Assembly (NCBI RefSeq): GCF_006345805.1
Contig: NW_021833648.1
Coordinates: 43,219-107,218 of the forward strand
Direction: 5' to 3'
From: Octopus sinensis
Lineage: Eukaryota
DNA length: 64,000 nucleotides
Part shown: positions 39,062 to 52,409 of the stretch, one piece after another
Numbering within the stretch: the first letter of the stretch is position 1
How the letters are laid out: the number at the start of each line of letters is the position of its first letter
Notes under the pieces: generated by a model
Told to the model about the DNA's origin: nothing
Seen by the model: the letters and a program-made list of their open reading frames with translations, nothing else
The model's database searches: none
Position numbers and translations under genes: made by a program

Positions 39062-40060
39062 GATCGATCTATCTATCTATCTCTCTCTCTATTTCTCTAA
39101 CTATCTATCTCTCTATCTCTCCCTCTATCTATCTATCTACTTTCATTTTCTTCTCTTTATTAACTAATCTCCAGTTTTCATTGTCTTTCTTTATCCTTCT
39201 CTTTCCTTTCCTCCTAAACATTTTCACTCATTACAGTTTTCTCACTCCTATTTCTTTAAATTCACCTCTCTCTTTCTTCCTCTCTCCCTCTCTTATTCGT
39301 CTTCATTTCATATACAATCTATGTTCCTCATTAGCATTTTCTATGTCACTATATCGCTCTTTATTTTTCTCTCTAACTCTATTTCTTACTCATTTTTCTC
39401 TTCTTGTTTCTCTCCTTATCCCTCTATCACTTTGTTTATCTATCCGTCTCTCAAGTTGTTTCCGTATGTATATATCTGTATATAATTATTTTCTACACGT
39501 CTTTTCTCTCTTTTGGTTAATTTCCCCCACCCTTTAAACTATGCTGCTGTTGGCAGAAGTAAGAGCGATTGTACCGTAATGGTTTTGGTGATGGTGGTAC
39601 TCTTCAATTGTTATTTTGAAGTATTGCTGTGTTGTGAATGCTGGTAGTTCTCTTGCAGTATTAGCTGTCTTTATTTAGTGTTGTTAGTGTCATTGTTGAA
39701 ACATTACAAAGTGTTGTTGTATTCTTGTTGCTTATGTAATGTTCTACACGGCATCGTCAGTAAGTAGGTACAGGCAATACAGAACCTTGTACTATGAGTA
39801 GCAGAGTATTTAATGATGGTAAATATGTAATTTGTATTGTGGTGTTGGCGTTAGTAAAGGTGGTGTGTAGTGGTATTGGTGGTCTTGGTGGTCGTAGCAA
39901 TCACTGATGTAAATGCAGCTAAACTTGTTACAAGTTGCAGGAAAACGAAAACAAAAAAGCAATACATGAACATTATTGGTTGTTAAAATATCAATATCAA
40001 TGAGCATGTGTGTATGTACGCGCGTGTGTGTGTTTGTGTGTATACATGTGTTTATGCATG

Positions 40061-40096
<36 letters not shown>

Positions 40097-40301
40097 ATGA
40101 ATGAATGGATATACATGCGTGTGTATAGGTATATGTATAAATATATATATATATATGCACATACACAATATATATATACACATTTACACACAAACACTCA
40201 CACACATACACAAACACACACATACACATACACATATATACATATGTATACAAAACACACATAAAAACTTATATGTATACTGGTATGTATGTATATCTAT
40301 T

Positions 40302-40340
<39 letters not shown>

Positions 40341-40518
40341 GTGTGTATATATATATGAACACATGCATATACTCATCACTACATTTTTTACACGTATAGA
40401 TGCATGTATTTACATATATATGCATATCTATCTAGCCATCTATTTACTTATATATGTATGTTTGTTTGTATGCATGTATTTAACTATGATATATTTATAT
40501 ATATATATATATATATTA

Positions 40519-40581
<63 letters not shown>

Positions 40582-40612
40582 GACATACACACACACATAT
40601 ATGAGAATGAGA

Positions 40613-40643
<31 letters not shown>

Positions 40644-41129
40644 TGAGTGAGGATGCTTCATTTCCATTCCCTAACAGTCTAATGATCTGAAATTTAAATT
40701 CGCAAATCCACGCTCTTATAATTATGATCTGTATAAAGGAAGAATAAAAATTTAAAGAAAAATGCCAGGAAATCTTTAAAAGACATTAAAACGCCTGAAT
40801 CAGTAATATTTTGAAAAGAAAAGAGTAAAACTGAAGAGGAAGCGAAATGTATAAACTTAAAAACATCAATGATGCTACGTGGAAGAGACATAGATAACAG
40901 AACGTGTTTTTGAATGGAGAAAACGTTAATATTATTTTACATTTTAGATTCGTTATTGAATTGTTGTTGTCTCTACATGTTAATAAACAGGAAAAGGAAG
41001 GAAACAAGGAAAGAAAGAATGAATGAAAGAAAGAAGGGGAAAAAGATCTCCGTCAAATATTTTTGTCGTCAGAAGATTAGAAAGCGTCCGGCAAAACGAC
41101 CGAGTAACACCAAGCTGCATTAGATGCTT

Positions 41130-41330
41130 GTCTGATTTTAGTCAGACAATCTGTAGTGATTAAAGGTTGTCCGCAGTAAGCATGAAGTATTCGGTTTGCA
41201 GGAAATAGACCCCAGGCGGTAAGTCTTATCAAGTTTAGCTGTGCAGATCACAAACTTATGATCTGTGAAGGTGTCTGAACGAAATTGCCGATTCCACATT
41301 CTGTTCACTGACCATAAATATTCTATACGT
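41130..41330 (-). mobile_element. Old Tx1-like endonuclease fragment (diverged relative)
   Basis: Minus strand FTDHKFVICTAKLDKTYRLG aligns with YTDHKLVTCTLDLDKAHRQG in copy 1 ORF2. Confidence 0.55.
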
Positions 41331-41361
41331 AATTTGTTGAGCTGATACGGTTTGTCTAATG

Positions 41362-41712
41362 CAGTGGCTCTAAACCGGGGTCCGTTCTACCTTACGGGGT
41401 CCATATCAGATTTTTTTTAGGTGGTGAGGTACTCAAGCAAAATAGTAAATTGCAGATCCAGTGTAATATAGTAAAGGTTCATTAAAAAGTTTTGATTTAG
41501 ACGAATTTGTTGCAAGAAACAGGGTTGTTTTTTCTCTAACGTTCTACATTGACCAGCCTACGCAAGTTATTGTGTGAAAAACAAAATAGGAGTTTTGGAA
41601 GAAGTACCAATAAAACCAGGTTTTAAGCACCAAATAGCTTAGAGGGTCCATCAATATAGAATAGCATACAAAGGAGTCCTGGTCTAATGGCACATTTGGA
41701 AAATGCACTTGG
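41362..41712. mobile_element. hAT-like MITE
   Basis: Starts CAGTGGCTCTAAACC and ends TTTGGAAAATGCACT, resembling CAGTGGTTCTCAAAC-type TIRs. GGGGTCC subterminal motifs. Confidence 0.5.
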
Positions 41713-42068
41713 TACCTGACAGGCGGTTGGAACTGCCTGAGTAGGTTTTCGAGGTTTCTATTCTACAATCTCGCGTAGACAGTTCCCACAAAATTCCTGT
41801 TTTTGCCCAATGCATCATTCGAACCGCCCTTTTGCACAAACGAAGTAGATTTTCCATAAATGATACGGAGTCTGGCTTGCTACGTCTAAGTCAGAAATAT
41901 ATAAATTCACTTGTTTGATGGTGGCAATGACTAAAACATCTTGTTCATAGTCATAACGTGTTATTTGGTGCAAGAATTGAATCCACAGTCCTATTATTAC
42001 GATCCGAACACAAACACTAAGCTACGAATTTCACTATATGTACATTTAGACACGCACCTACACACACG

Positions 42069-42100
<32 letters not shown>

Positions 42101-42654
42101 AACACTCACAAACACGCACACATATCTGTGTGTTTATGTGTATGTGTCCATGTGCCTATGCATGCGTATATAGAATGGAATGACATTTTCCTAAATATAT
42201 TGGGAAGAAAGGTAATATAAATGCTATGATGATAACGTTAAAATATACACAGATAATACATACATTTATATGTACACATACATATATAAGTATGTATATA
42301 TGTCTGCAACTCTCTGCTTCTCTCTCTCTCTCTCTCTCTCTCTCCCACTCTCTGTGTAATTCCCTGTACCTATTAAAACAATGATTTATGTCTATTTCCC
42401 GAGATTGCATCTTTACTCTTCCATCATGTTATTTTTACCTTTAGTCTCAGCCACGCATCTCCCTCCAAACATTTCTTTGCTGTCATTGTGTATTGTTTTT
42501 ATTACTTTTCATTGTATTTCATTGCTTTTCACTTGTTTTCAGTTGTTTTCATTGGTTTCCATTAGTTTTTCAACACAATTTGTCTTCTTTTCTTTCTGTT
42601 TTTGACTGACATAAAGTTATATGAAAATAAGTTGCACGAACAAGTACAAGTATA

Positions 42655-42690
<36 letters not shown>

Positions 42691-42707
42691 TGTATGTACA
42701 TGTATAT

Positions 42708-42760
<53 letters not shown>

Positions 42761-43364
42761 AGTATAATATATATATATGCATGTACACATACACACACAT
42801 ATACACATATATATATGTATATATATATACGTATATATATATGTTTGTATATATATATGTGTGTGTGTGTTTGAAAGTATAGGAAGTTTGTCTGCGTTTG
42901 TATGTATTGATGGATAGATGTTATTTTTATGTACACATACTCGTACTTCCATACACTCACGCACACGTGTGTGTGTGTGTGTGTGTGTGAGTCTGTTTAT
43001 CCATCTTTCTGTTTATCTGCCTGTCTATTTGTCTGTCTGTCTGTCTGTCTAGTTGACTGTGTGACTGTCTGTCTATCTCTATATCATCGCCTGCTTATCT
43101 ATCTGTCTCTCTATCTATCCGTCTATTTATCTGTTTGTGTTTCTACCTGTCTGTTTTTATATGGATGTGTACTTGTGTGTGTTTGTGTGTGTTTGTGTGT
43201 GTTTGTGTGTGTTTGTGTGTGTTTGTTTGTGTGTGTGTGTTGATAGAGTCCAATGTTTTTAAGAAGTTCAAGACATCTTTCCGATCCCACTGCATGGCCA
43301 CTTAGGTAAGTGTCTGCTACCAAAGCCTAAGATTGACTCAAGAGAGAAAGCCCCAAACATATAT

Positions 43365-43366
<2 letters not shown>

Positions 43367-43458
<92 letters not shown>
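43367..43458. repeat. (ATCT)n microsatellite abutting the 5' truncation point of Tx1 copy 2
   Basis: Perfect tandem ATCT. Confidence 0.97.
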
Positions 43459-46400
43459 GGATCACAAACTTGTGACATGTACGCTAGACTTAGGTAAGAC
43501 ACTTAGGCAGGGTCCCGGATACTGGAAACTAAACGCGTCTTTCCCATCGAGACAGGTTTTCAGAGACCGGATTAGCACACTAGTAAAGAGGGCTTTGACG
43601 GGAGCCATCATCAACAACAAATGGTGGTTTGCCCTTAAGAGAGCAGTAAAAGCAGAAGCGATTAGGTACAGCAAAGCACTAGCCATAGATAGAAATAGAG
43701 TAGAGGGTGAGCTAGTTAAGAAGCTAGAAGAGGCAATTAGAAGCGGCATCGCATCCGACGTTTTGGCGGCGAGGTTGGCCCTCGACCAACACTTCAACGC
43801 CAAACACGAAGGATGTGCTGTCAGAGCTAGGATGCGTGCTCTAAGGAACGAAGGTGTTGGAGCCGCGAGAGAGGCCCGGGTGGCAGAGGCGCAACAGGGC
43901 AACAAAGCCACCATTCGGTCACTGGTAGATGAACAGGGGCGCGAATTGCTCGAGCCAAGTAAAATGTGTGAGGCCTTTCAGCAGCATTTTCCCGACTGTT
44001 CGGGACGAGTGGAGGGCAAGAACGTAGGGTGGACTTCAGTGCCTACCTACACAGCCTGCCACGACTCTCGACAAGAAAGGCAGGGTGCTGCGAAGGTGCC
44101 ATCACGGCGGCGGAAGTGCAGGAAGCGATAGAAGAATGCTCGAGGGACAAATCACCGGGTTTGGATGGTCTACCCTACGAGTTTTACAATTGTATGCCAG
44201 ACTTGTTTGGAGACGTCTTGGCAGCGGTATACTGCAACTGGCAGCAAAACGGGAGCATACCCGGTTTTGTGAGTCGAGGAGCTGTAACTCTGCTGAAGAA
44301 AGATCCAAACAAGGAAACATTATAGATAACTTTAGACCAATCACGCTGCTCAATGCAGACCTGAAAATTTTGACAAAGGTGTTAGCCAAGAGGTTGGCGC
44401 TTGTCATCGAGAAACTGGTCGACAACGCACAAACGTGCGCCGTGCCGGGCCGGAGCATCCATGACAACCTCCATCTGATGCGCTACATCATAGACAGGGT
44501 AGTTAACGAACCTGGCATGGGTGGGGCCCTGATCAACTTGGATCAATCGAAAGCCTTTGATAGGGTAGACCATCGATACTTGGAGGCAGTCCTGAGAGCG
44601 GCTGGTTTCGGTCCCGTCTTCCGCGGCTGGATAGCTGCCTTGTACAGAGGCATCCGTTCGGTAATTCGCGTAAATGGACATCTATCGAGACCTTTCGACA
44701 TTGCACGTTCGGTCCGTCAGGGATGCCCCCTCTCGGCGCTTCTATACGTATTGACTCTTGAGCCACTACTGCGGAAGCTGGCGACTCTAAGGGGCATCCC
44801 GCGAGAATTGGGATGCGGGACGAGCGTGTCTGCATACGCGGACGACGTCACCGTCATAGTGTCAAGCCACGAGCACATCGAGCGGGTCGGCGAGACACTG
44901 AAAGACTACGGAGCGGTGACAGGAGCAAAAATCAACCGGGAAAACTCAGTGGGCTTGCGGCTCGGCACCTGGAGAAGCAAGCCCATGCCGTCCACCAGTA
45001 CCTCCGTCGTGGGACGCTGGACAGACGGCCCGGTTGAGTTGCTCGGGGTCTGGTTCGGTCCGGACCTCCAAATGGAGAAGAACTGGAACGAGATAACGAG
45101 TAGGGTGGTCACTCTCGCCCAGCAATGGGCCGAGAGGAAACTGTCCCTAAAAGGTCGGGCGGAGGTGGTGAACGCGTACATCGCGTCCATCATCTACTAC
45201 CGCCTGACCGTCGTACCTTGTCCCGACCCTACCATCACCAAACTAGAACGCCATCTTCCGCTTCTTGTGGAAAGGATGCGTCCCGATGGTCAGGCGATCC
45301 ATTTGCTATCAACACCGTTTTAAAAGGAGGGCTGGGCATGCCGTGGTTGATGATGCGCAGACACGCGCTGAGACTGGGACATCTCCGGCTCTATGTAGAC
45401 GACGGTGAACAGGTGTGGTCGCCGTTTGTGAGGCACGCATTCCCGCAACTCGTCTCCATGACCGAACTGCAGTCGTGGATCAAAAAGAGGCCGAGGAAGG
45501 GCGAATGGCACCGCGAGTGTCGCGTTGCTCTCAAGCAACTCTGCCGTCCCGAGTCGACCTTGAGTGACTTCAACACAACCAAAGCATTCTATAGAGGATT
45601 AGTGGAGGGGAGGTACGACGACGAGCTCGGGGAAAACCTGGGCGTCGACGAGGAATACCTGACCCGCCTGTTTCAAACCACTTTCGGCCCGGGACCTATG
45701 GACAACTTCCAGAGATCCCTGGCCTGGCGGTGCTACCGAGAAGCGCTACCCGTTCGGGATAAGCTCTATAGGCATGGCTCGAGAAACACGGGGCCGACCT
45801 GCCCGAGATGCGGGCAGAGCGACGAAACCGCTCTGCACGCAATCGTGCAGTGTCCAGCAATTTCCCACCTGTGGGCTTATGTCGAACGACTGCTGTCACG
45901 TGTGGGACGTGTCGGTTTATCAGCCGAGTCTATCGTTAATATCGTCACGCCTCCTTCCTTCAAACGGGAAGGAAGAGCTATTTTTATCATACTTGTGGCT
46001 ATGGCGAAAGAATGTATCTGGTGGACGCGCCTGAAAGGATTAGAGACAAACACTTTCCTCTCTGGTCAATCTCTCATCAACTTCTTCAAGTATCACTTGA
46101 AGAGGAAAGTGAGAGTAGAGAGGCAAGTTTTGTCTAGTGAATGTTTTAAAAAAAGATGGGTGAATGTAGCAAGGATGGCACGTATGAATGACGAAGCCAC
46201 CTTGACTATGATTCTATGAACCATAAAAATTAATACAGAGAGTTGCTTATTTGCAAAAAAAAAAAAGAAATATAACATGTGACTTCATTGACCGAGGTTA
46301 CCGTGGTCTTTTCCGTAGGCTTTTCTTTCCACGGGTAAACCTCACCAGTCCTCCCCTTTACACTTCATATTGACATTTCTGTGATAACGATCCCTATTAT

Positions 46401-46568
46401 TCATTCCCCCCCCTTTTTTAACCCCTCCTTTTTTTGTCCTTTTTCTTTCCTTTTACGATCCCTTTTGATCAAAAACCACCACTCTCTTTTTTTTTTACCC
46501 CCAAAAGAAAAGCTCTACCTTGTAATTTGTTCTATCTGTGTGCAGCCCTGTGTGGCTAATAAAGAAAC
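43459..46568 (+). mobile_element. 5'-truncated Tx1/L1-clade retrotransposon (copy 2)
   Basis: Starts at GGATCACAAA (DHK, end of the endonuclease). ORFs 43472-44131, 44085-45323 (DQSKAFDRVDH, RQGCPLS, YADD) and 45125-46219. 3'UTR nearly identical to copy 1. Confidence 0.95.
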
Positions 46569-46569
46569 G

Positions 46570-46690
46570 TATCTTTCCATCTATCTGTCTGTCAATCTAT
46601 CTACGTACGTACGTACCTAACTACCTACGTACGTTCTTACCTACCCAACTACCTACCCAGCTACCGACCTACCTATCAACCTACCTACCG

Positions 46691-46753
<63 letters not shown>

Positions 46754-46780
46754 ATCCATCCATCCATCCATCCATCCATT
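46570..46780. repeat. Degenerate (CTAT)n/(CTAC)n/(CATC)n tract abutting the 3' end of Tx1 copy 2
   Basis: Direct reading. Confidence 0.9.
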
Positions 46781-47149
46781 CGTCACCATCAACAGTAACA
46801 CTAGCATCATATATCACCACCACCACCACCACCACTGGAACAACATCTCCTCCCCTCTGCGCCACCACCGTCACCGCTAAAACATTTAATGGTGCCTGTG
46901 TCAGTTGTGTTAAACTGGATGTTCAACGTTTTATTGCATATCGATTATACACCACCACCGCACATCTACACATCCACCCACCAACACCACCACACTACAT
47001 ACATAAACCTACCTCCACATCAACCACTCCATCGCCATCCCCACCACATCTACATATATCTAACTTGACGCACCTGCTCCGCTTCTACCCTCGCGTCTTT
47101 ACTGAAGACATGCTCTGTCGCTGTCGTCACTGCATCTCCACCAACCTCA

Positions 47150-47245
47150 TCGTCCCCACTGCCACCACCACCACCACCACCACCACCACCACTACATTCA
47201 TCATCATCATCATCATTACCATCATCATCATCATCATCATCGTCG

Positions 47246-47287
<42 letters not shown>

Positions 47288-47725
47288 CCATAATTAACAA
47301 CATCCTCATTATCACCGCCTCCACTATCATCCTCACCTTCATCATCACAGTCACTATCGTCATCATCATCATCATCATCGTCGTCGTCGTCATCATCATC
47401 ATGATCATCATGATCATCATCATCATGATCATCATCATCATCGTCATCGTCATCATCATCATCATCATCATCTTCATTATCAATGTCATCATCATCGTCG
47501 TCATCATCATCATCATCGTCTTCGTCATCGTTATCATGATCATGATCATCATGATCATCATGATCATGATCATCATGATCATGATGATCATCATCATCAT
47601 CGTCATCGTCATCATCATCATCATCATCTTCATTATCAATGTCATCATCATCATCGTCGTCATCATCATCATCATCATCATCACCACCACCACTACCGAC
47701 AACAACAACAACAACAACAACAAGA
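47150..47725. repeat. (ATC)n compound microsatellite with an internal duplication
   Basis: ATCTTCATTATCAATGTCATC occurs twice, about 157 bp apart. Confidence 0.93.
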
Positions 47726-47962
47726 GCAATAACAATATAAATGTCTTATACAATAAGAGACCGGACAATATGTCGATCAAATCTGATTTAGGTCTAACAA
47801 AAACAGCAACAATACAAGCAACTACAATAGCAAACAGGAAAAAACTCTGGAGGAAACCTGACATGCAGCAGTGAGCATCTATACGAAAGGGCCTCTGAAG
47901 ACAAATCCGCGGCATTCGGTGCTCTAATAAAATGTCTACGTTAAGTTGGATATAAAGATACC

Positions 47963-48192
47963 TATTTCTTTATTACCCACAAGGGGCTAAACACAGAGCG
48001 GACAAACAAGGACATACATAGGTATTAAGTCGATTACATCGACCCCAGTGCGTAACTGGTACTTAATTTATCGACCCCGAAAGGATGAAAGGCAAAGTCG
48101 ACCTCGGCGGAATTTGAACTCACAATGTAACGCAGACGAAATACCGCTAAGCATTTCGCCCGGCGTGCTAACGTTTCTGCCAGCTCGCCGCC
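47963..48192 (-). mobile_element. SINE family A, full length, with a 17-bp target-site duplication
   Basis: Flanked by TTGGATATAAAGATACC (47946-47962) and TTGGACATAAAGATACC (48193-48209). Confidence 0.92.
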
Positions 48193-48729
48193 TTGGACAT
48201 AAAGATACCCTTTTGTCACTAATAGTGCTTCAGTTGCTAACAGTTGTGTTTTTAATAAGCCTGCTAGCTATTTGCAACATCAGTGACTGAAAAGACAGTG
48301 AAATCCTTTATATCATGACAGCGAGGTCTGGCTTGTTTGCGGTGACCGGACGCTTTCCCCTTAAGAAGTGCAGTCCATAGATTGCGTGATTTGGTAGTTC
48401 CGGCGCCCATACCAGACCTTTTTCGGTTGCGTCAATTCACATCTGTGCTTTTATGCACCATGCGTCTATATGAAAGGTCCTCTGAAGGCGGATATCACAC
48501 TGTACGGTGTTCTAATATGACTTCTACGTTAAGTTGGATATAAGGATTGCTTGCTGTGGCTATGTATTTGATGACACCCGAAACTAAGTGGTTGCAAGCG
48601 AGCTCTTAAACACCCTGCCTTACCTGCGCCTATGAAGTATGCTTTTGTTTATTTGTATGTCTAGATGTTACAGTTTGGATGAGAAAAAGTGAAAAAAAGA
48701 GAGACTAAAGCAAGAGTTGAGATATAAAT

Positions 48730-48745
48730 AGACAGACAGACAGAC

Positions 48746-48794
<49 letters not shown>

Positions 48795-48872
48795 GGTAGG
48801 TAGGTAGGTAGATAGATAGATATATAGATAGATAGATATATAGATAGACAGACAGACAGATAGATAGGTAAG

Positions 48873-48932
<60 letters not shown>

Positions 48933-49025
48933 GGGAGGGAGGGAGAGAGCTAGAAAGAAAAAGAAACTGAGAGAGAGAAAGAGAGGGAAAGAGAGGGAGA
49001 GAGAGGGAGAGAGAGAGAGAGAGCG
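48730..49025. repeat. (GATA)n/(GA)n compound microsatellite
   Basis: Direct reading. Confidence 0.93.
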
Positions 49026-49258
49026 AATTGAAGAAAAATTTGATTGGCTTATGCTAATTCTGTACCAGTTTCACGAAGATTTTTTCAGGCATTTGGACAT
49101 AACAATCGTCGACTAACTTTGGTAGTCGGTGTAGGAGAAGGAACAATAGTAAGTAATAACCGGTCCTAAACAGATTTACAATTCCAACGAACCGTATTGA
49201 TTGGTTTGGTGGTTTACAATGAAATATAAAGACACCATCCAAAAAAATTCACTTCGAT

Positions 49259-49293
<35 letters not shown>

Positions 49294-50316
49294 GCACACG
49301 CATACGCGCACACACACGAGGCTCACACATGCACGCACATATGCTATACACACATACAAAGATGACTACGTTTATTAATGCATACATATGTGTATATGTA
49401 TGCGCATGCGTGTCAGAGAGAATCAAACATTCGATGCAAAAGTGATAAAGGTTTCGTGTGTGTGTGTGTGTGTGTGTGTGCGTGTGAGTGTGTGTATGCT
49501 TGTGTGTCTACATGTAAGCATGTGTGGACGTACATACGTTTATGACCATACATCTCTATGTGTACACCTCACACACACGCACAAATATATTCATGGAATT
49601 AATACAACATACGTCCACACATGCGCATTTGCATGGTTGCATGGACACTGTTGAATACATAAATATATGTGCGCACACACATACACACACATATACACAC
49701 ATACTTACACTCACATGCATATACACACATACACACGCTCGCGAGCATACGTGAATCTCCAATCCAAACGTCACCACCGTTGGAAGATATTTCACGATCG
49801 GTCAACCTGATCATGGCTGACCTGAGTCTGCACACCAGCACGGAGGGTCATATTTGATGACGTATTCCTAGATACACTGGGTCAGAATACACATAGAGGA
49901 TGATCCCAGCTAATCCAGGAAAGCAATTGACATCACCGCCAACAACTCCATTGCCCCTATCGCCCCCACAAAAACGTTCATCATCACTGCCATCCACATG
50001 AAAAGTACCACAATCAGATGACGCTTGGCTTCGAAAGACATTACCCTCCACCACCACCACCACGCACAGTAGCTGCAACGCTACCATCACTGCTGCGACC
50101 ACAACGACTACGACCTTCACTACCATCGTAATTGAATTTCATACCATTACCAAAAGCAGAACCCTCACCACGAGTAAGCAGAACCATCGTAATCGTAACC
50201 CTCGCAGCCGTTAACACAATCACCATCAGCATATCATTAACAACAACGATGTCATCATTGGTAATACCATTCGGACCACCACCACCACCACTACCACCAC
50301 CATCACCACCACCACC

Positions 50317-50360
<44 letters not shown>

Positions 50361-50431
50361 TAACAGCAACATCGCCACCAACACTATCACCACCGCCAAA
50401 GTCACCACCATTAACTACAGCAATACCACCA

Positions 50432-50655
50432 TCCCGAGCTGGCAGAAACGTTAGCACGTCGAGCGAAATGCTTAGCGGCATTTCGCCTGCCTTTATGTTC
50501 TGAGTTCAAATTCCGCCGAGGTCGACTTTGCCTTTTATCCTTTCGGGGTCGATAAATTAAGTACCAGTTACGCACTTGGGTCGATGTAATCGACTTAATC
50601 CCTTTGTCTGTCCTTGTTTGTCCTTTCTATGTTTAGCCCCTTGTGGGCAATAAAA
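50432..50655 (+). mobile_element. SINE family A
   Basis: CGAGCTGGCAGAAACGTTAGCAC...TTGTGGGCAATAAAA. Confidence 0.88.
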
Positions 50656-50659
50656 TACC

Positions 50660-51600
50660 ACCATCTCTACAACCATCATCATTGCAATACTACCATCTGT
50701 ATTACCATCATCATCGCAACCAGCACGACACCACCATCAACAATAACAGCACCACTAATACCACCACCATCACTATTATCATCAAGAGTTGCACAACAAC
50801 CATAACTACTATCTTAATTATAATATCATACCATTACCACCAGCGAAAACAGCATCACATGTTAATCAATATCACCATCAAACCTAACCATTATAACCAC
50901 TACCATTAACATCACGTCGAGCAATACCATCAGGACTACCAACACAACCCCCATCACCAATGGCACAACCACCACCACCACAACCATCTTCTGTATCAAC
51001 ATCACCAGTATTAACACGCTCAATACCACCACTACCACTATCATTATCATCATCATCACCAACACCATCTGACCACCACCAGAAATACCAAAAGCACCAT
51101 CACCACCATCACCACCACCACCACTACCACCACGTCCACCACCACCACCACCACGTCCACCGCCACCGCCGCTGCCATCTCCCACCACTACGTCCACCAC
51201 CACCACCACCACCACCACTTCCACTACTTCCACCACGTCTACCACCGCTAGCACCACTACAACGTCTACCACCACAATCCCCACCACGTCCACTGCCATT
51301 ACTACTACTACTACTACTACTACAATAATATGTGTCGCCATTGCTGCGAATAACATCACCACCAACATTATTATCAATAATTCCATCATCACAAGCGTCA
51401 AATCTCAGCGTCACCACCAACACCACCAACACCATCAACACCATTGCCACCACCAACACCTCCGCCGCCGCCGCCACCAATCAGCACGGCAGGCAGTCAC
51501 GCTTCATTTAACGCTCATTAGCACCAAACCAGACAGCGATCAAACCCAACGAACACCGCCCACTGACACACCACCACCACCACCACCACCACCACGACCT
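50660..51600. repeat. Degenerate (ACC)n/(ATC)n low-complexity tract
   Basis: Direct reading. Confidence 0.85.
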
Positions 51601-51652
51601 TCATCGCCACCTGCTACCTACCATGCTCATACATGTACACACACGTATAACA

Positions 51653-51703
<51 letters not shown>

Positions 51704-52409
51704 CATCTATATTTATGTACACCACTCCTTATCATCTACGGATGTTTATATCCATAATTTCCGTGTGTATTTTTGTGTACACTTGTAAAGGAGTTTGTAT
51801 TTGCCTACACACACACTCACACCGATATATGTGTGTGCCTGCGGGCGTGTGTGTGTGTGTGTGTGTGGTGTGTGGTGTGTGTGTACATGTGTATTTGTAT
51901 GTGTATACAAACATAGGTGCATATACATAAATACATACATATTTAGATACTTACACACATACATATATGTATTTATATATATATATACAAATGTATACCC
52001 AAATGCAGACATACTCATGCCTAGTGTTTCCTGTGTATCTGTACTGTTGTCTATTTCTATGATGTGTGTTTGCATATATGTATATGTGTGTGTATGTATC
52101 TGCAGGTATGTGTGTTTGTATACATACACCCACACATATATATAAACACACATATATACATACATATACACGCACGCACATACGTAATTTTCTTAAATTT
52201 TCTTTACCTCGGAAAGGTCTATCCGAAACCTCGGGAAAACTCCAAAAAATAATATAGTAGATTCACACAACCACACTCACACATACACACACATGTATAC
52301 ATACATGCGTATAAGTGCAGGAGTGGCTGTCTGGTGAAAAGTTTACTTCTGGTACAGTCCCATTGCATGGCACCTTGGAAGGTGTCTACTATATACTATT
52401 TTTCTCTTT

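Noticed and set aside
43240-43335. Minus-strand peptide WDRKDVLNFLK / NIGLYQH resembling a SAM-domain start, after a possible splice acceptor
   Set aside because: It needs a frameshift, has no donor site and runs into a (CA)n tract; probably chance.
45500-45900. A/G differences between the two Tx1 copies as an RNA-editing signature
   Set aside because: Changes go in both directions and several sit at CpG sites, consistent with ordinary deamination.
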